Assembly (NCBI GenBank): GCA_963768165.1
Contig: CAVYHJ010000026.1
Coordinates: forward strand, 435,337 to 499,336
From: an uncultured bacterium
Lineage (GTDB): Bacteria; UBP4; UBA4092
Length of the DNA stretch: 64,000 nucleotides
Direction: 5' to 3'
Numbering within the stretch: position 1 is the stretch's first letter; the number at the start of each line of letters is the position of its first letter. This document shows positions 55,816 to 64,000 of this stretch, piece after piece. Below the pieces are notes generated by a model. That model did not search any database, had not been told where the DNA came from, and saw only the letters and a list, made by a program, of their open reading frames with translations. Made by a program: the position numbers and the translations under genes.

Positions 55816-57156
55816 ATGAATGAAAAATTTGGTGTCGTCAGTTTGGGTTGTCCCAAAAATTTAGTGGACACGGAAGTGACTATTGGGTTATTGGAACAAG
55901 TAGGTTATGTGATGACGCAACAATTAGAAGATGCCAAAATTTTGTTGGTAAATACCTGCAGTTTCATTGATAAATCCAAAAAAGAATCCGTGGAAACGAT
56001 TCTGGAAATGGCGCAATTGAAAAAGTCGGGTTCCTGTGAAAAACTTCTGGTTTTAGGTTGTTTACCGCAATTATATAAGGGAGACCTTGCCCAGGAAATT
56101 CCAGAAGTAGACGCAGTCGTAGGAACCGGCGAATTCCATCGGGTTGTGGATATACTGAATGATGTAGAAAAAGGCAACCGGGTGGAAACAGTACACAAAC
56201 CTGTGTATGTATATGACCATGTTGTCCCGCGCCATCTTTGCACTTTATCTCATACGGCTTATGTCAAAATCTCGGAAGGATGCGATCATGTTTGTTCCTT
56301 TTGTATTATTCCGCGACTTCGTGGGAAACAACGTTCCCGCCTGATGGATTCCATTGTTACAGAATCCCAACAACTGGCAGAAAAAGGAGTTAAAGAAATA
56401 AATTTAATCGCACAGGATTTAACGGATTATGGGAAAGACATTTATGGCGAACACCGGCTGGTTGAATTATTACATCAATTAGCGGATATCAAACCTTTAA
56501 AATGGATTCGATTGATGTATACCTATCCATCGCTGGTGACGGATGAATTGATTGAAACAATTGCTTCCAGAAAAAGAATTTGTAAATATATAGACGTTCC
56601 CTTGCAACATATTAGCGATGATTTATTGAAAACTATGCGACGTCATGTCACAGGAGAACAAATACGGACACTAATCAAAAGATTACGCAAAAGAGTACCG
56701 GGAATCGCCATCCGCACAACCTTTATCGTGGGGTATCCGGGAGAGACAGAAGAACATTTCAAAGAGTTGGTGGATTTTGTGGAAGAATCTGAATTTGATC
56801 GGATGGGTGTGTTTACCTACAGCCATGAAGAAAACACGCTCGCGTATCGCTTGGAATCCCAAATCCCACAAAAAATTAAAGAAAGAAGATTAAAGAAGAT
56901 CATGCAAGTGCAGCAGAAGATCGTTCATCAAAAGCATGCCGGAATGATTGGACAAGAGGTGGAAGTATTGGTTGACGCAAAATCTCAAAACAAATTGGGC
57001 GATTTTATCAGTCGCTTCTCCCAGCAAGCGCCGGATATTGACGGGGTCATATATTTAAAACAAACCAAACAACACGTTATCACTCCGGGTCAGATTGTGA
57101 AAGCACGTATTCTTTCTTCGTTGGGCTATGACCTGATGGCTGAGGTTATCGCGTGA
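55816..57156 (+). CDS. rimO: Ribosomal protein S12 methylthiotransferase RimO (MTTase family: radical SAM plus TRAM)
   Basis: N-terminal MTTase domain (GVVSLGCPKNLVDTE), a radical-SAM CxxxCxxC (CDHVCSFC) and a C-terminal TRAM domain. Confidence 0.8.
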   Translation: MNEKFGVVSLGCPKNLVDTEVTIGLLEQVGYVMTQQLEDAKILLVNTCSFIDKSKKESVETILEMAQLKKSGSCEKLLVLGCLPQLYKGDLAQEIPEVDAVVGTGEFHRVVDILNDVEKGNRVETVHKPVYVYDHVVPRHLCTLSHTAYVKISEGCDHVCSFCIIPRLRGKQRSRLMDSIVTESQQLAEKGVKEINLIAQDLTDYGKDIYGEHRLVELLHQLADIKPLKWIRLMYTYPSLVTDELIETIASRKRICKYIDVPLQHISDDLLKTMRRHVTGEQIRTLIKRLRKRVPGIAIRTTFIVGYPGETEEHFKELVDFVEESEFDRMGVFTYSHEENTLAYRLESQIPQKIKERRLKKIMQVQQKIVHQKHAGMIGQEVEVLVDAKSQNKLGDFISRFSQQAPDIDGVIYLKQTKQHVITPGQIVKARILSSLGYDLMAEVIA

Positions 57157-57776
57157 ATTTAGCCAATAAGCTGACTCTCAGCCGGATTATCGCCGTCCCT
57201 TTTGTCATGGCGGCATTATTAATGGATAACGTGGCGTATAATCTTGAATTGGATATCCCACGCGTTCTTATCTTCAGTAAATATCTTGCCTTGGTGATTT
57301 TCATTGCCGCCACTATTACTGACTTGTATGACGGAAAAATCGCACGGCAACGTAAACTAATTACGCCATTCGGCAGTTTTTTTGATCCAATTGCGGATAA
57401 ACTTTTAGTCAGTGCCGTATTGATTTGTTTTGTGGAAATGCACCTTATGCCGGCATGGATGGTGATTATTATTATTTTCCGGGAATTTATCATCACTGGA
57501 TTGCGGGTGCTGGCTGTGCGTAAAGGTGTTGATATCCCTGCCGGACCCCTCGGAAAATATAAAACCGTATCGCAAATGGTTATGATAATTTCGTTATTAA
57601 TTTATATCGCGTATCGGGCAACAATGGGACAACCCATCAAAGCTTTATCTATTCTGAGTTCGCGTCTTGAAATGGCGCTTTATATCTTGATGCTCTGGGC
57701 GGTGATCACAAGCCTCATTTCCGGTTACAGTTATGTAAAAGACCATTGGGATTTAATAATCGAAGGGGCAAAATAG
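57153..57776 (+). CDS. pgsA: CDP-diacylglycerol--glycerol-3-phosphate 3-phosphatidyltransferase
   Basis: CDP-alcohol phosphatidyltransferase motif (DGKIARQRKLITPFGSFFDPIADKL). GTG start overlapping the rimO stop. Confidence 0.82.
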   Translation: MNLANKLTLSRIIAVPFVMAALLMDNVAYNLELDIPRVLIFSKYLALVIFIAATITDLYDGKIARQRKLITPFGSFFDPIADKLLVSAVLICFVEMHLMPAWMVIIIIFREFIITGLRVLAVRKGVDIPAGPLGKYKTVSQMVMIISLLIYIAYRATMGQPIKALSILSSRLEMALYILMLWAVITSLISGYSYVKDHWDLIIEGAK

Positions 57777-57784
57777 TTCGACCG

Positions 57785-58252
57785 ATGTCGCAGGCTTGGC
57801 GTAATTTTACAATTAAATTTCTGGCTACAGGCGCTGGAACCGGATACACACCAGTTGTTCCGGGAACCTTCGGTACCTTGATGGGAGTGGTCATTTTCAT
57901 GGCGATGATTCAGTTTCCCCGGTGGTTATTGTTTGTGACAATTTTAGGTTTAATCGCCATCGGAATCTGGGTTTCGGATGAAGCCGAAAAACTATTTCAA
58001 AAAAAAGATCCATCGTTTGTCGTTATTGACGAAGTCATCGGTATACTGGTCACTATGCTTTTTTTACCGTTTCAGGTAAAATACGTGCTGATGGCGTTTA
58101 TATCATTTCGGATTATGGATATTCTCAAACCCTACCCTGCCCGAAAATTGGAAGCGATTCACGGAGGAATGGGAATCGTAATTGATGATATTATCGCCGG
58201 AATTTATGCAGGGCTGGCAATTTTATTATGCATTTATATTATTAGAATTTAA
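57785..58252 (+). CDS. pgpA: Phosphatidylglycerophosphatase A
   Basis: GAGTGYTPVVPGTFGTLMGVV and the IDEVIG motif. The ORF-track start at 57746 overlaps pgsA, so the ATG at 57785 is preferred. Confidence 0.8.
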   Translation: MSQAWRNFTIKFLATGAGTGYTPVVPGTFGTLMGVVIFMAMIQFPRWLLFVTILGLIAIGIWVSDEAEKLFQKKDPSFVVIDEVIGILVTMLFLPFQVKYVLMAFISFRIMDILKPYPARKLEAIHGGMGIVIDDIIAGIYAGLAILLCIYIIRI

Positions 58253-58276
58253 CAACAAAAAAGGAGATTTTTTAGA

Positions 58277-60121
58277 ATGAGATTTTATCTTCAAAAGATA
58301 CGCACATTATTTTGTTTCATCGCTTGTTCACTGTTTATTTTTTCGATTGGGTTTGGGGATGTCATCTATCTTAAGAATGGGCGAAAAGTGACTGGGGATA
58401 TTGTGTCAGAAACTGAAACCTTGATTTCAGTAAAAACCATTCTCGGACGGGTGGTTGTGAAACAAAAAGATATTGTAAAAATTCAACGGGAAGAGGCGGA
58501 AACTAATCATGTACGAAACGGCGATTATCTCGTAAATCGGGGAGAATTTAACGCAGCTGTTGGAGAATATGAAGCCGCTTTGCGTCTGGATCCTACCAAC
58601 TCGGATGTGGCTCTCAAATTATCCGACGCGAAACAAAAAGCAGCACAGGCAGTCTCTGCGATTATGGCACCGGATTTCGCCAAAGCAGACGATTTCATGA
58701 GCAAAGGATTTTACAATTCCGCTATTCGAGAATACAGAACCGTCGCAAAACAACATGAAGATAATCCCACTTATGATACGGAAGCGAATATAAAAATAAA
58801 AAACTTGGCCAATATTATGGTAACTAAAGCGGAAGATTTGGCTAGCCGACAGGATTACAATAAGGCCTTTGAAATTTACCAGCAATCCACTGCCATTCTT
58901 CCTTCCGACCTGGCCGAATTTACCAAAGAAAAATATGATGGTGCGTTATCATCTTTTTTTGCGGATGCAGACAAGGCGTATGATAAGCAACAATATGCCT
59001 CGGCAGTTCTGGCTTATAATAAAGCCGCTACAAACTATCCGGGAGAATTCGTACGACAAGCGGTCAGTGACCGGATTAGCCGGATTTCTGTTGACTTGAC
59101 ATATAAAGCACCAGTGGAAGATGTTTCACAATATCTTTGTCGCGCTCAATTTGTTTCGGATCCCGAAGTAGTGGCACGGCTGGGAAATGCACCGGGGAAT
59201 TTCCAGAATATGGAATATGTGCTAGACAATACTTATCGTGTAACGGGAATTGCAGAAAACGGGAATATTGATATGGACTGGACAGTAAATAAAACCTCCT
59301 TTACTATACTCGACGCTCAGGGGCAGAAACAAACAATTCCGGTTTTATTCGCTGAATCACAAAATATTACTCCGGGTTATGGTTTTTCCTACTTGACTAA
59401 AAAAATGGAAAGTGGAGAAATAACCCCACTGGGTTATTTCTCTAAACCTATTGATTTGGCAAAAATTATACACAGTAAAGGACTCACCGGTGAACGTATG
59501 GACCAGAATTCGTTTACTGGTACTATTTTCTTGCTTTCCAGATTTCCTGTCGTACAACCTAAAAAAGTTAAAGTGGGAGATACTTGGACTGAACAGGTTA
59601 ATGAAAAAAGAAACATTGGCCCATTGGAACTGAATACAGTAGGCGAGATCAATTATACATTATCCAGTTTCGAAATTATGCAGGGTCGGGATTGCGCCAA
59701 GCTGGCTATAAATATGAAGATGACACATACCCTGAAGGGAACTATTGGAGGATTAAGCGGACAACAACAAAATGTAGACGTTACATTAGATTCTCCCTTT
59801 AGTGGATTTTGTTACATTGACCATTTTCAAAAAAAATTGGTCCAGTATGACGTAACTGGAGAAGTAAAGATGAAAGGACAGATTCTTGGAATTCAATCTG
59901 TTATTCCTCAAGGTATCATGCCGGGACTGGGTACAAGACGTGGAGGTGGAGAAGGGGGAGGATTAGGGGGAGGTATTCTCGCCCCTCAAGTACAATCTCA
60001 ACAAGAATTGCCTGAGGTCTCCATCAAGGTTGTACTCCAACGAGACTTACTGGAAGCAAACGGTGAGACGGGAACTCCTTTTTCTGCACCAGTACCTGTG
60101 ACGCCGTTACTAAGCAAATAA
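58277..60121 (+). CDS. Hypothetical secreted protein with N-terminal TPR-like repeats and a C-terminal Gly-rich segment
   Basis: Signal peptide, TPR-like (AAVGEYEAALRLDPTNSD) and GLGTRRGGGEGGGLGGGILAP near the C-terminus. Confidence 0.45.
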   Translation: MRFYLQKIRTLFCFIACSLFIFSIGFGDVIYLKNGRKVTGDIVSETETLISVKTILGRVVVKQKDIVKIQREEAETNHVRNGDYLVNRGEFNAAVGEYEAALRLDPTNSDVALKLSDAKQKAAQAVSAIMAPDFAKADDFMSKGFYNSAIREYRTVAKQHEDNPTYDTEANIKIKNLANIMVTKAEDLASRQDYNKAFEIYQQSTAILPSDLAEFTKEKYDGALSSFFADADKAYDKQQYASAVLAYNKAATNYPGEFVRQAVSDRISRISVDLTYKAPVEDVSQYLCRAQFVSDPEVVARLGNAPGNFQNMEYVLDNTYRVTGIAENGNIDMDWTVNKTSFTILDAQGQKQTIPVLFAESQNITPGYGFSYLTKKMESGEITPLGYFSKPIDLAKIIHSKGLTGERMDQNSFTGTIFLLSRFPVVQPKKVKVGDTWTEQVNEKRNIGPLELNTVGEINYTLSSFEIMQGRDCAKLAINMKMTHTLKGTIGGLSGQQQNVDVTLDSPFSGFCYIDHFQKKLVQYDVTGEVKMKGQILGIQSVIPQGIMPGLGTRRGGGEGGGLGGGILAPQVQSQQELPEVSIKVVLQRDLLEANGETGTPFSAPVPVTPLLSK

Positions 60122-60141
60122 AATAATCTAAGATGTTTGTT

Positions 60142-62853
60142 TTAAGTTGTTAATTTTAAACTATTTTCAAGTGCTTCCCTCAATTGATTGGCATCTTGAT
60201 ACCGGTCAGTAGGCCTTTTTTCGATACATTTCATCACAATATCCTGCATGGGCTTGGATGCAGGCATAGGCACCGGAGGAACAACATGAATATGTTGATA
60301 CCCGATATTTCCCTTGGTGAACGGTACCTCGCCGGTTAATAACTCATACATCATAATCCCTACAGAGTATATATCTGACCGATGATCCACCACTAATCCC
60401 TGCGTCTGTTCCGGGGACATATAAACCGGAGTCCCCAGCAAGTCTGAAGTGAGGGTTAATTTCTGCTCGTTTTTCATTTTGGCAATTCCAAAATCCATAA
60501 CCTTCACCGTATGGGTCGAATCTATCATAATATTAGCGGGTTTAATATCTCTATGAACCACTCCTTGCTCGTGTGCCGCTTGCAGGGCAAGACAAACCTG
60601 ACAAATGATTTCGGCAACTTCTTTTTCAGGAATTTTCCCTTTTTCCCGCAACAATTGCCGTAAATTTTTCCCTGCGACATATTCCATGGAAATATATTGA
60701 TTTCCATCTTCCTCCACAATATCGTAGATACGAACAATATTGCGATGTACCAATTTTCTCGTTGACCGAACTTCCCGCAAGAAACGTTCTAAAATCTGAG
60801 GGTCCTCCGCTAAATTTTTGGGTAACATCTTTAACGCAACCATCTCATTGAGCACGGTATCCATGGCACAACACACAATTCCCATTCCGCCTCGCGCAAT
60901 TTCTTCGATAATCCGAAAGCGTGTTTTCGCCGTAGGTGCTGGTGTTTTTTGTAAGGAAGTTTTTTCCATTTGTGCTTCCATGGAGCGCATCTTGGTTTCC
61001 CGAAGGATCACACCAACATCCCGGAATTTGGCGTCTACTGCATATATCTTATCCAGTATTTCCATGGCTTTGTCATACTTCTCCGATTGGCGATATGCCT
61101 GGGCCAGAATATAAAGCACTTCCTTGGATTCCTCCGTCAACGGCAAATTCGCCAATGCCTCTGCAGCGATATCCAGTTTCTTCATGTGTAGAAAACAACG
61201 CGCCATTCCCAATTCGCTTTTTCCCTGGAAATCGCTATGCTTGGCGGATTGTTGATATTCCAGGATCGCATCCTGCCATAGCTGTTTGTCTTCGTATAAC
61301 CGGCCCAGGTTAAAATGGATTAACGGCGGGATATCTGCTCCACTTTGGATTAACGATTGATATAAAGCCATCAACGTTTGATTAACTTCCGCCACTGCGC
61401 CGTCTTTCTCATGAATCCATTCGAAATCATGGATGGCATCCATTAATTGATTGAATTGAAGATAAAGTTTTGCCCGGCGCATCCGCGCATCCCGGGAATT
61501 AGGTTGAAATTCCAAGACAATGGAAAACCCTTTGAGCACTCGTTGTAACATAGCCTCATCGGAACAATATTCAATAACCCGATCATAAGAAGATATGGCA
61601 TAATCCGCTTGTCGAGAAATACTATAGGCGTCTCCCAACAATAAGGGAATCCGAAGTTCAGCAGGATACCGTAATGCCAATTTCTCCAGTTCCGGAACCA
61701 CCATTTTCCAACTGTCCGGGGATAATTGTAATAATTTTTCTGCGGACTCAATTAGTGCATGAATATCCTGCCTTGCTAAATAAAATCGAAACATTTCTTC
61801 CCAAACAGGAACCAATTCATTATTCAATTCCAATGCCTTTTTATAAGTCTCAAATGCTTGTTTATCTTCTCGCCGCATTCCCGCATAAGCCCGTGCCAGA
61901 CCGATAATAAATTCCGGCTCTTCCGGTGATTGCATGCAAAGCCGGTCATAAATAGAACTGGATTCCTCCCATTGTCCTGTCTCCAAATATACCCCTGCCA
62001 ACAAACGCATTACATCATTGTCCATAATTCCGCGTTTGACAAGATATTGACAATGTTCTATACATTGCATTAATTTTCTCTGGCGAAGATAAGCCTTGCT
62101 TAATGCCATGCGGACGATAACCAAATCCGGTTTTTCTTTCAATGCCTGTTCATAAATAAAGCAGGCGTTTGAGTCAGTCCTTCCCTGCTCACTATAAAAA
62201 GACGACAATGCTAGGATCAACGTGGTATCTTGTGGAGCGGCGGCGAGTGCGGCCTGGTAAATATCCAACGCCGTGTTATCATGTCGCTGCATCTTTAAAA
62301 AACACTGCGCCAGATTCACGTAGGTCTCTGGAGAAGCATTTCCACGCGCCACCAAAGTTGTCAGGATGGATGTCGCTTTTTCCCATTCTTTCTGTTTGAT
62401 TAATGCATCACTCGTAATCTGGAGTACCACCGGATCTATCACTCCCAATTGAATTGCTTTTTGATAAACTTCAATAGCCTGTGAATCATCTTTACCTTTT
62501 AATGCGTAACATCTTGCCAATTGTTGAATGACAGAATTATCCGGTGACCCTTCTTTATAAATCTTTTCATAAAAAGTAACCGCTTCATTATCCGTCCTGT
62601 CGGCTTTCGCAAAAGCAGTTCCTACTTTTTGGGTCAATTGAGGGTTGGTGCGGATTTTCTGGCCGTATTGCGTTAACGCCGTGTCGAAATCTCCCTCTTC
62701 AATTAGTTTTTCCACACTCACCCTGGCTGGTAATTTCTTTTTCCGATGGATATAAATTAATATGTAAAATCCGGCTAAACAAACCAACAACAATATCCCC
62801 AGTAGTATCTGCGTAGAAGGTGTCGTTAGCCATGTCATAAAAGCCCAATTCAT
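60142..62853 (-). CDS. Membrane-anchored Ser/Thr protein kinase with an N-terminal TM, about 12 TPR repeats and a C-terminal Hanks-type kinase domain
   Basis: Kinase motifs GGMGIVCCA...VALK, HRDIKPANIMID, DFGIAK and GTPVYMSPE at the C-terminus. The TM is followed by HRKKK, so the bulk is cytoplasmic. Confidence 0.85.
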   Translation of the reverse strand: MNWAFMTWLTTPSTQILLGILLLVCLAGFYILIYIHRKKKLPARVSVEKLIEEGDFDTALTQYGQKIRTNPQLTQKVGTAFAKADRTDNEAVTFYEKIYKEGSPDNSVIQQLARCYALKGKDDSQAIEVYQKAIQLGVIDPVVLQITSDALIKQKEWEKATSILTTLVARGNASPETYVNLAQCFLKMQRHDNTALDIYQAALAAAPQDTTLILALSSFYSEQGRTDSNACFIYEQALKEKPDLVIVRMALSKAYLRQRKLMQCIEHCQYLVKRGIMDNDVMRLLAGVYLETGQWEESSSIYDRLCMQSPEEPEFIIGLARAYAGMRREDKQAFETYKKALELNNELVPVWEEMFRFYLARQDIHALIESAEKLLQLSPDSWKMVVPELEKLALRYPAELRIPLLLGDAYSISRQADYAISSYDRVIEYCSDEAMLQRVLKGFSIVLEFQPNSRDARMRRAKLYLQFNQLMDAIHDFEWIHEKDGAVAEVNQTLMALYQSLIQSGADIPPLIHFNLGRLYEDKQLWQDAILEYQQSAKHSDFQGKSELGMARCFLHMKKLDIAAEALANLPLTEESKEVLYILAQAYRQSEKYDKAMEILDKIYAVDAKFRDVGVILRETKMRSMEAQMEKTSLQKTPAPTAKTRFRIIEEIARGGMGIVCCAMDTVLNEMVALKMLPKNLAEDPQILERFLREVRSTRKLVHRNIVRIYDIVEEDGNQYISMEYVAGKNLRQLLREKGKIPEKEVAEIICQVCLALQAAHEQGVVHRDIKPANIMIDSTHTVKVMDFGIAKMKNEQKLTLTSDLLGTPVYMSPEQTQGLVVDHRSDIYSVGIMMYELLTGEVPFTKGNIGYQHIHVVPPVPMPASKPMQDIVMKCIEKRPTDRYQDANQLREALENSLKLTT

Positions 62854-62940
62854 AAATTTAGGATTTTATCATAATCTGCTTTCGGAAGATATTTTTTGAC
62901 TTCCCTCTGTGTCTCAAGTCTTTCATGGGATAATAAATGG

Positions 62941-63654
62941 ATGACACGAAAAAAGAAAAAATCCAAATCTTGGAAAAAAATTCTGTTTTGGGGATTGATT
63001 CTTTTCATCATCTATTTGTTGTTTGAGTTTTTAACCTTACCCAATGTTGGCTATTTAAAAACGCAAAACCCATCTAAAACGGCTCTCATGAACCAACGCA
63101 TTTGGGAACACCGTTGGCGATTCAAGCCGTATAAAATCTATCAAGTTTGGGTGCCTTATTCAAAAATCTCTCCGGTCTTGCGACATGCCGTCTTGATTGA
63201 TGAAGATGCTTCATTTTTCTCTCATGATGGATTCGATTATGAAGAAATCGAAAAAGCCATTAAAGAAGATTGGGAAAAAAAGAGTTTTGCTCGCGGTGCT
63301 AGTACCATCACGCAACAGTTGGCAAAGAATCTTTTTCTTTCTACATCCAAAAATCCTATTCGGAAAATTCAAGAAGTGATCCTGACCCGTCGGTTGGAAA
63401 AAGATTTGACAAAAAGACGGATTTTTGAACTCTACCTTAATGAAATCGAATGGGGAGATGGAATCTTTGGCTGTGAAGCGGCATCGCGTGCCTATTTCGG
63501 AAAATCCTGTTCAGAGTTAACCCCGATGGAAGCCGCCATGCTCTCTGCTGCTATTCCCAACCCTCTCTATGCTAATCCCAAAACTAATACCCGCACCTTC
63601 CGCTGGCGTACCAATCTTATCTTCAACCGCATGAAATCTCTTGGATGGGCATAG
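62941..63654 (+). CDS. mtgA: Monofunctional biosynthetic peptidoglycan transglycosylase (GT51)
   Basis: N-terminal TM, GT51 motifs (EDASFFSHDGFD, GASTITQQLAKNLFL, RKIQEVILTRRLE). The ORF-track start at 62896 is a TTG, and the ATG at 62941 is preferred. Confidence 0.8.
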   Translation: MTRKKKKSKSWKKILFWGLILFIIYLLFEFLTLPNVGYLKTQNPSKTALMNQRIWEHRWRFKPYKIYQVWVPYSKISPVLRHAVLIDEDASFFSHDGFDYEEIEKAIKEDWEKKSFARGASTITQQLAKNLFLSTSKNPIRKIQEVILTRRLEKDLTKRRIFELYLNEIEWGDGIFGCEAASRAYFGKSCSELTPMEAAMLSAAIPNPLYANPKTNTRTFRWRTNLIFNRMKSLGWA

Positions 63655-64000
63655 GCATATCCTATTAGAGCAAGTGTGTTATTTTGCCTGGCATCTACTA
63701 AATAGTCGTAATAACTCTAAAAGTACCCTGAAAAAGGCAAAAAGACCATACCATACTAAATTGGTTAGTAATCGGTTGTCCACTGGAGTTGAAGTGGAGT
63801 TAGTACGGAGACAGTGTGTAGCTGACTTTACACTTATTTATCCCATAATAGTAATTATTATTAGGATTTCTATGTCAAAATAATCACCTTCTATGACCTT
63901 TTGGTGCCGTGCCATCCCTATGTCACTCAGTACCTTCCCCTACCATTGGATACACTTATTATATTTTTCACCATTTCTTGGACGGAGCTATGGGAAAAAT

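Noticed and set aside
63641-63883. 80-aa ORF after mtgA, and an ATG at 63990 at the very end of the window
   Set aside because: The translation has no recognisable features and no SD. The final 340 bp may be non-coding or the 5' region of a gene beyond the window. It is too short to call.
1-64000. tRNA, rRNA and CRISPR search
   Set aside because: No T-loop-like GGTTCGAATCC contexts outside coding regions, no rRNA-like conserved blocks, and no direct-repeat/spacer arrays were seen. The only repeats are the short heptamer and C-rich hairpin families.

Overview
This 64 kb window is a low-GC (about 40%) bacterial chromosomal segment that is densely coding on both strands. It looks like a didermic (Gram-negative-type) bacterium, judging from LolA, Lgt/LspA, multi-PDZ HtrA, a sigma-54 response regulator, PilT and ComEC. 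I recognise no close named species. Most genes are housekeeping and sit in conserved operons: def-fmt, ileS-lspA-lgt, glyS-recJ, nadK, tlyA, a sensor kinase plus sigma-54 NtrC-like regulator, hisF-hisI-trpE-trpG-trpD, rimO-pgsA-pgpA, and gpsA beside a ugd-uxs nucleotide-sugar pair. I found no rRNA, tRNA or CRISPR array.

The accessory or unusual regions are:
- an HNH endonuclease gene with a near-consensus promoter next to a Xer-type tyrosine recombinase, inserted right after def-fmt;
- a compositionally mosaic island of about 4.3 kb between ileS and gpsA, carrying a GC-rich membrane TPR protein and SPFH/band-7 protein, a strongly purine-skewed hypothetical gene, and a zinc-ribbon DDE transposase-like gene;
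- a pilus-ATPase cluster in which PilT sits beside a catalytically degenerate GspE/PilB-like protein that keeps an MshEN-type (c-di-GMP receptor-like) N-domain, flanked by two zinc-ribbon proteins;
- a multi-PDZ HtrA followed by a secreted trypsin-fold paralog that lacks the catalytic His;
- an MrfA/YprA-like helicase fused to a DUF1998-type Cys cluster;
- a membrane-anchored TPR plus C-terminal Ser/Thr kinase;
- two families of short intergenic repeats, namely tandem AGTTYCTAG-type heptamers and C-rich CCCCATCCCCTCTCC hairpins.

Every functional call is made by eye from conserved motifs in the supplied translations. Nothing was searched against a database.
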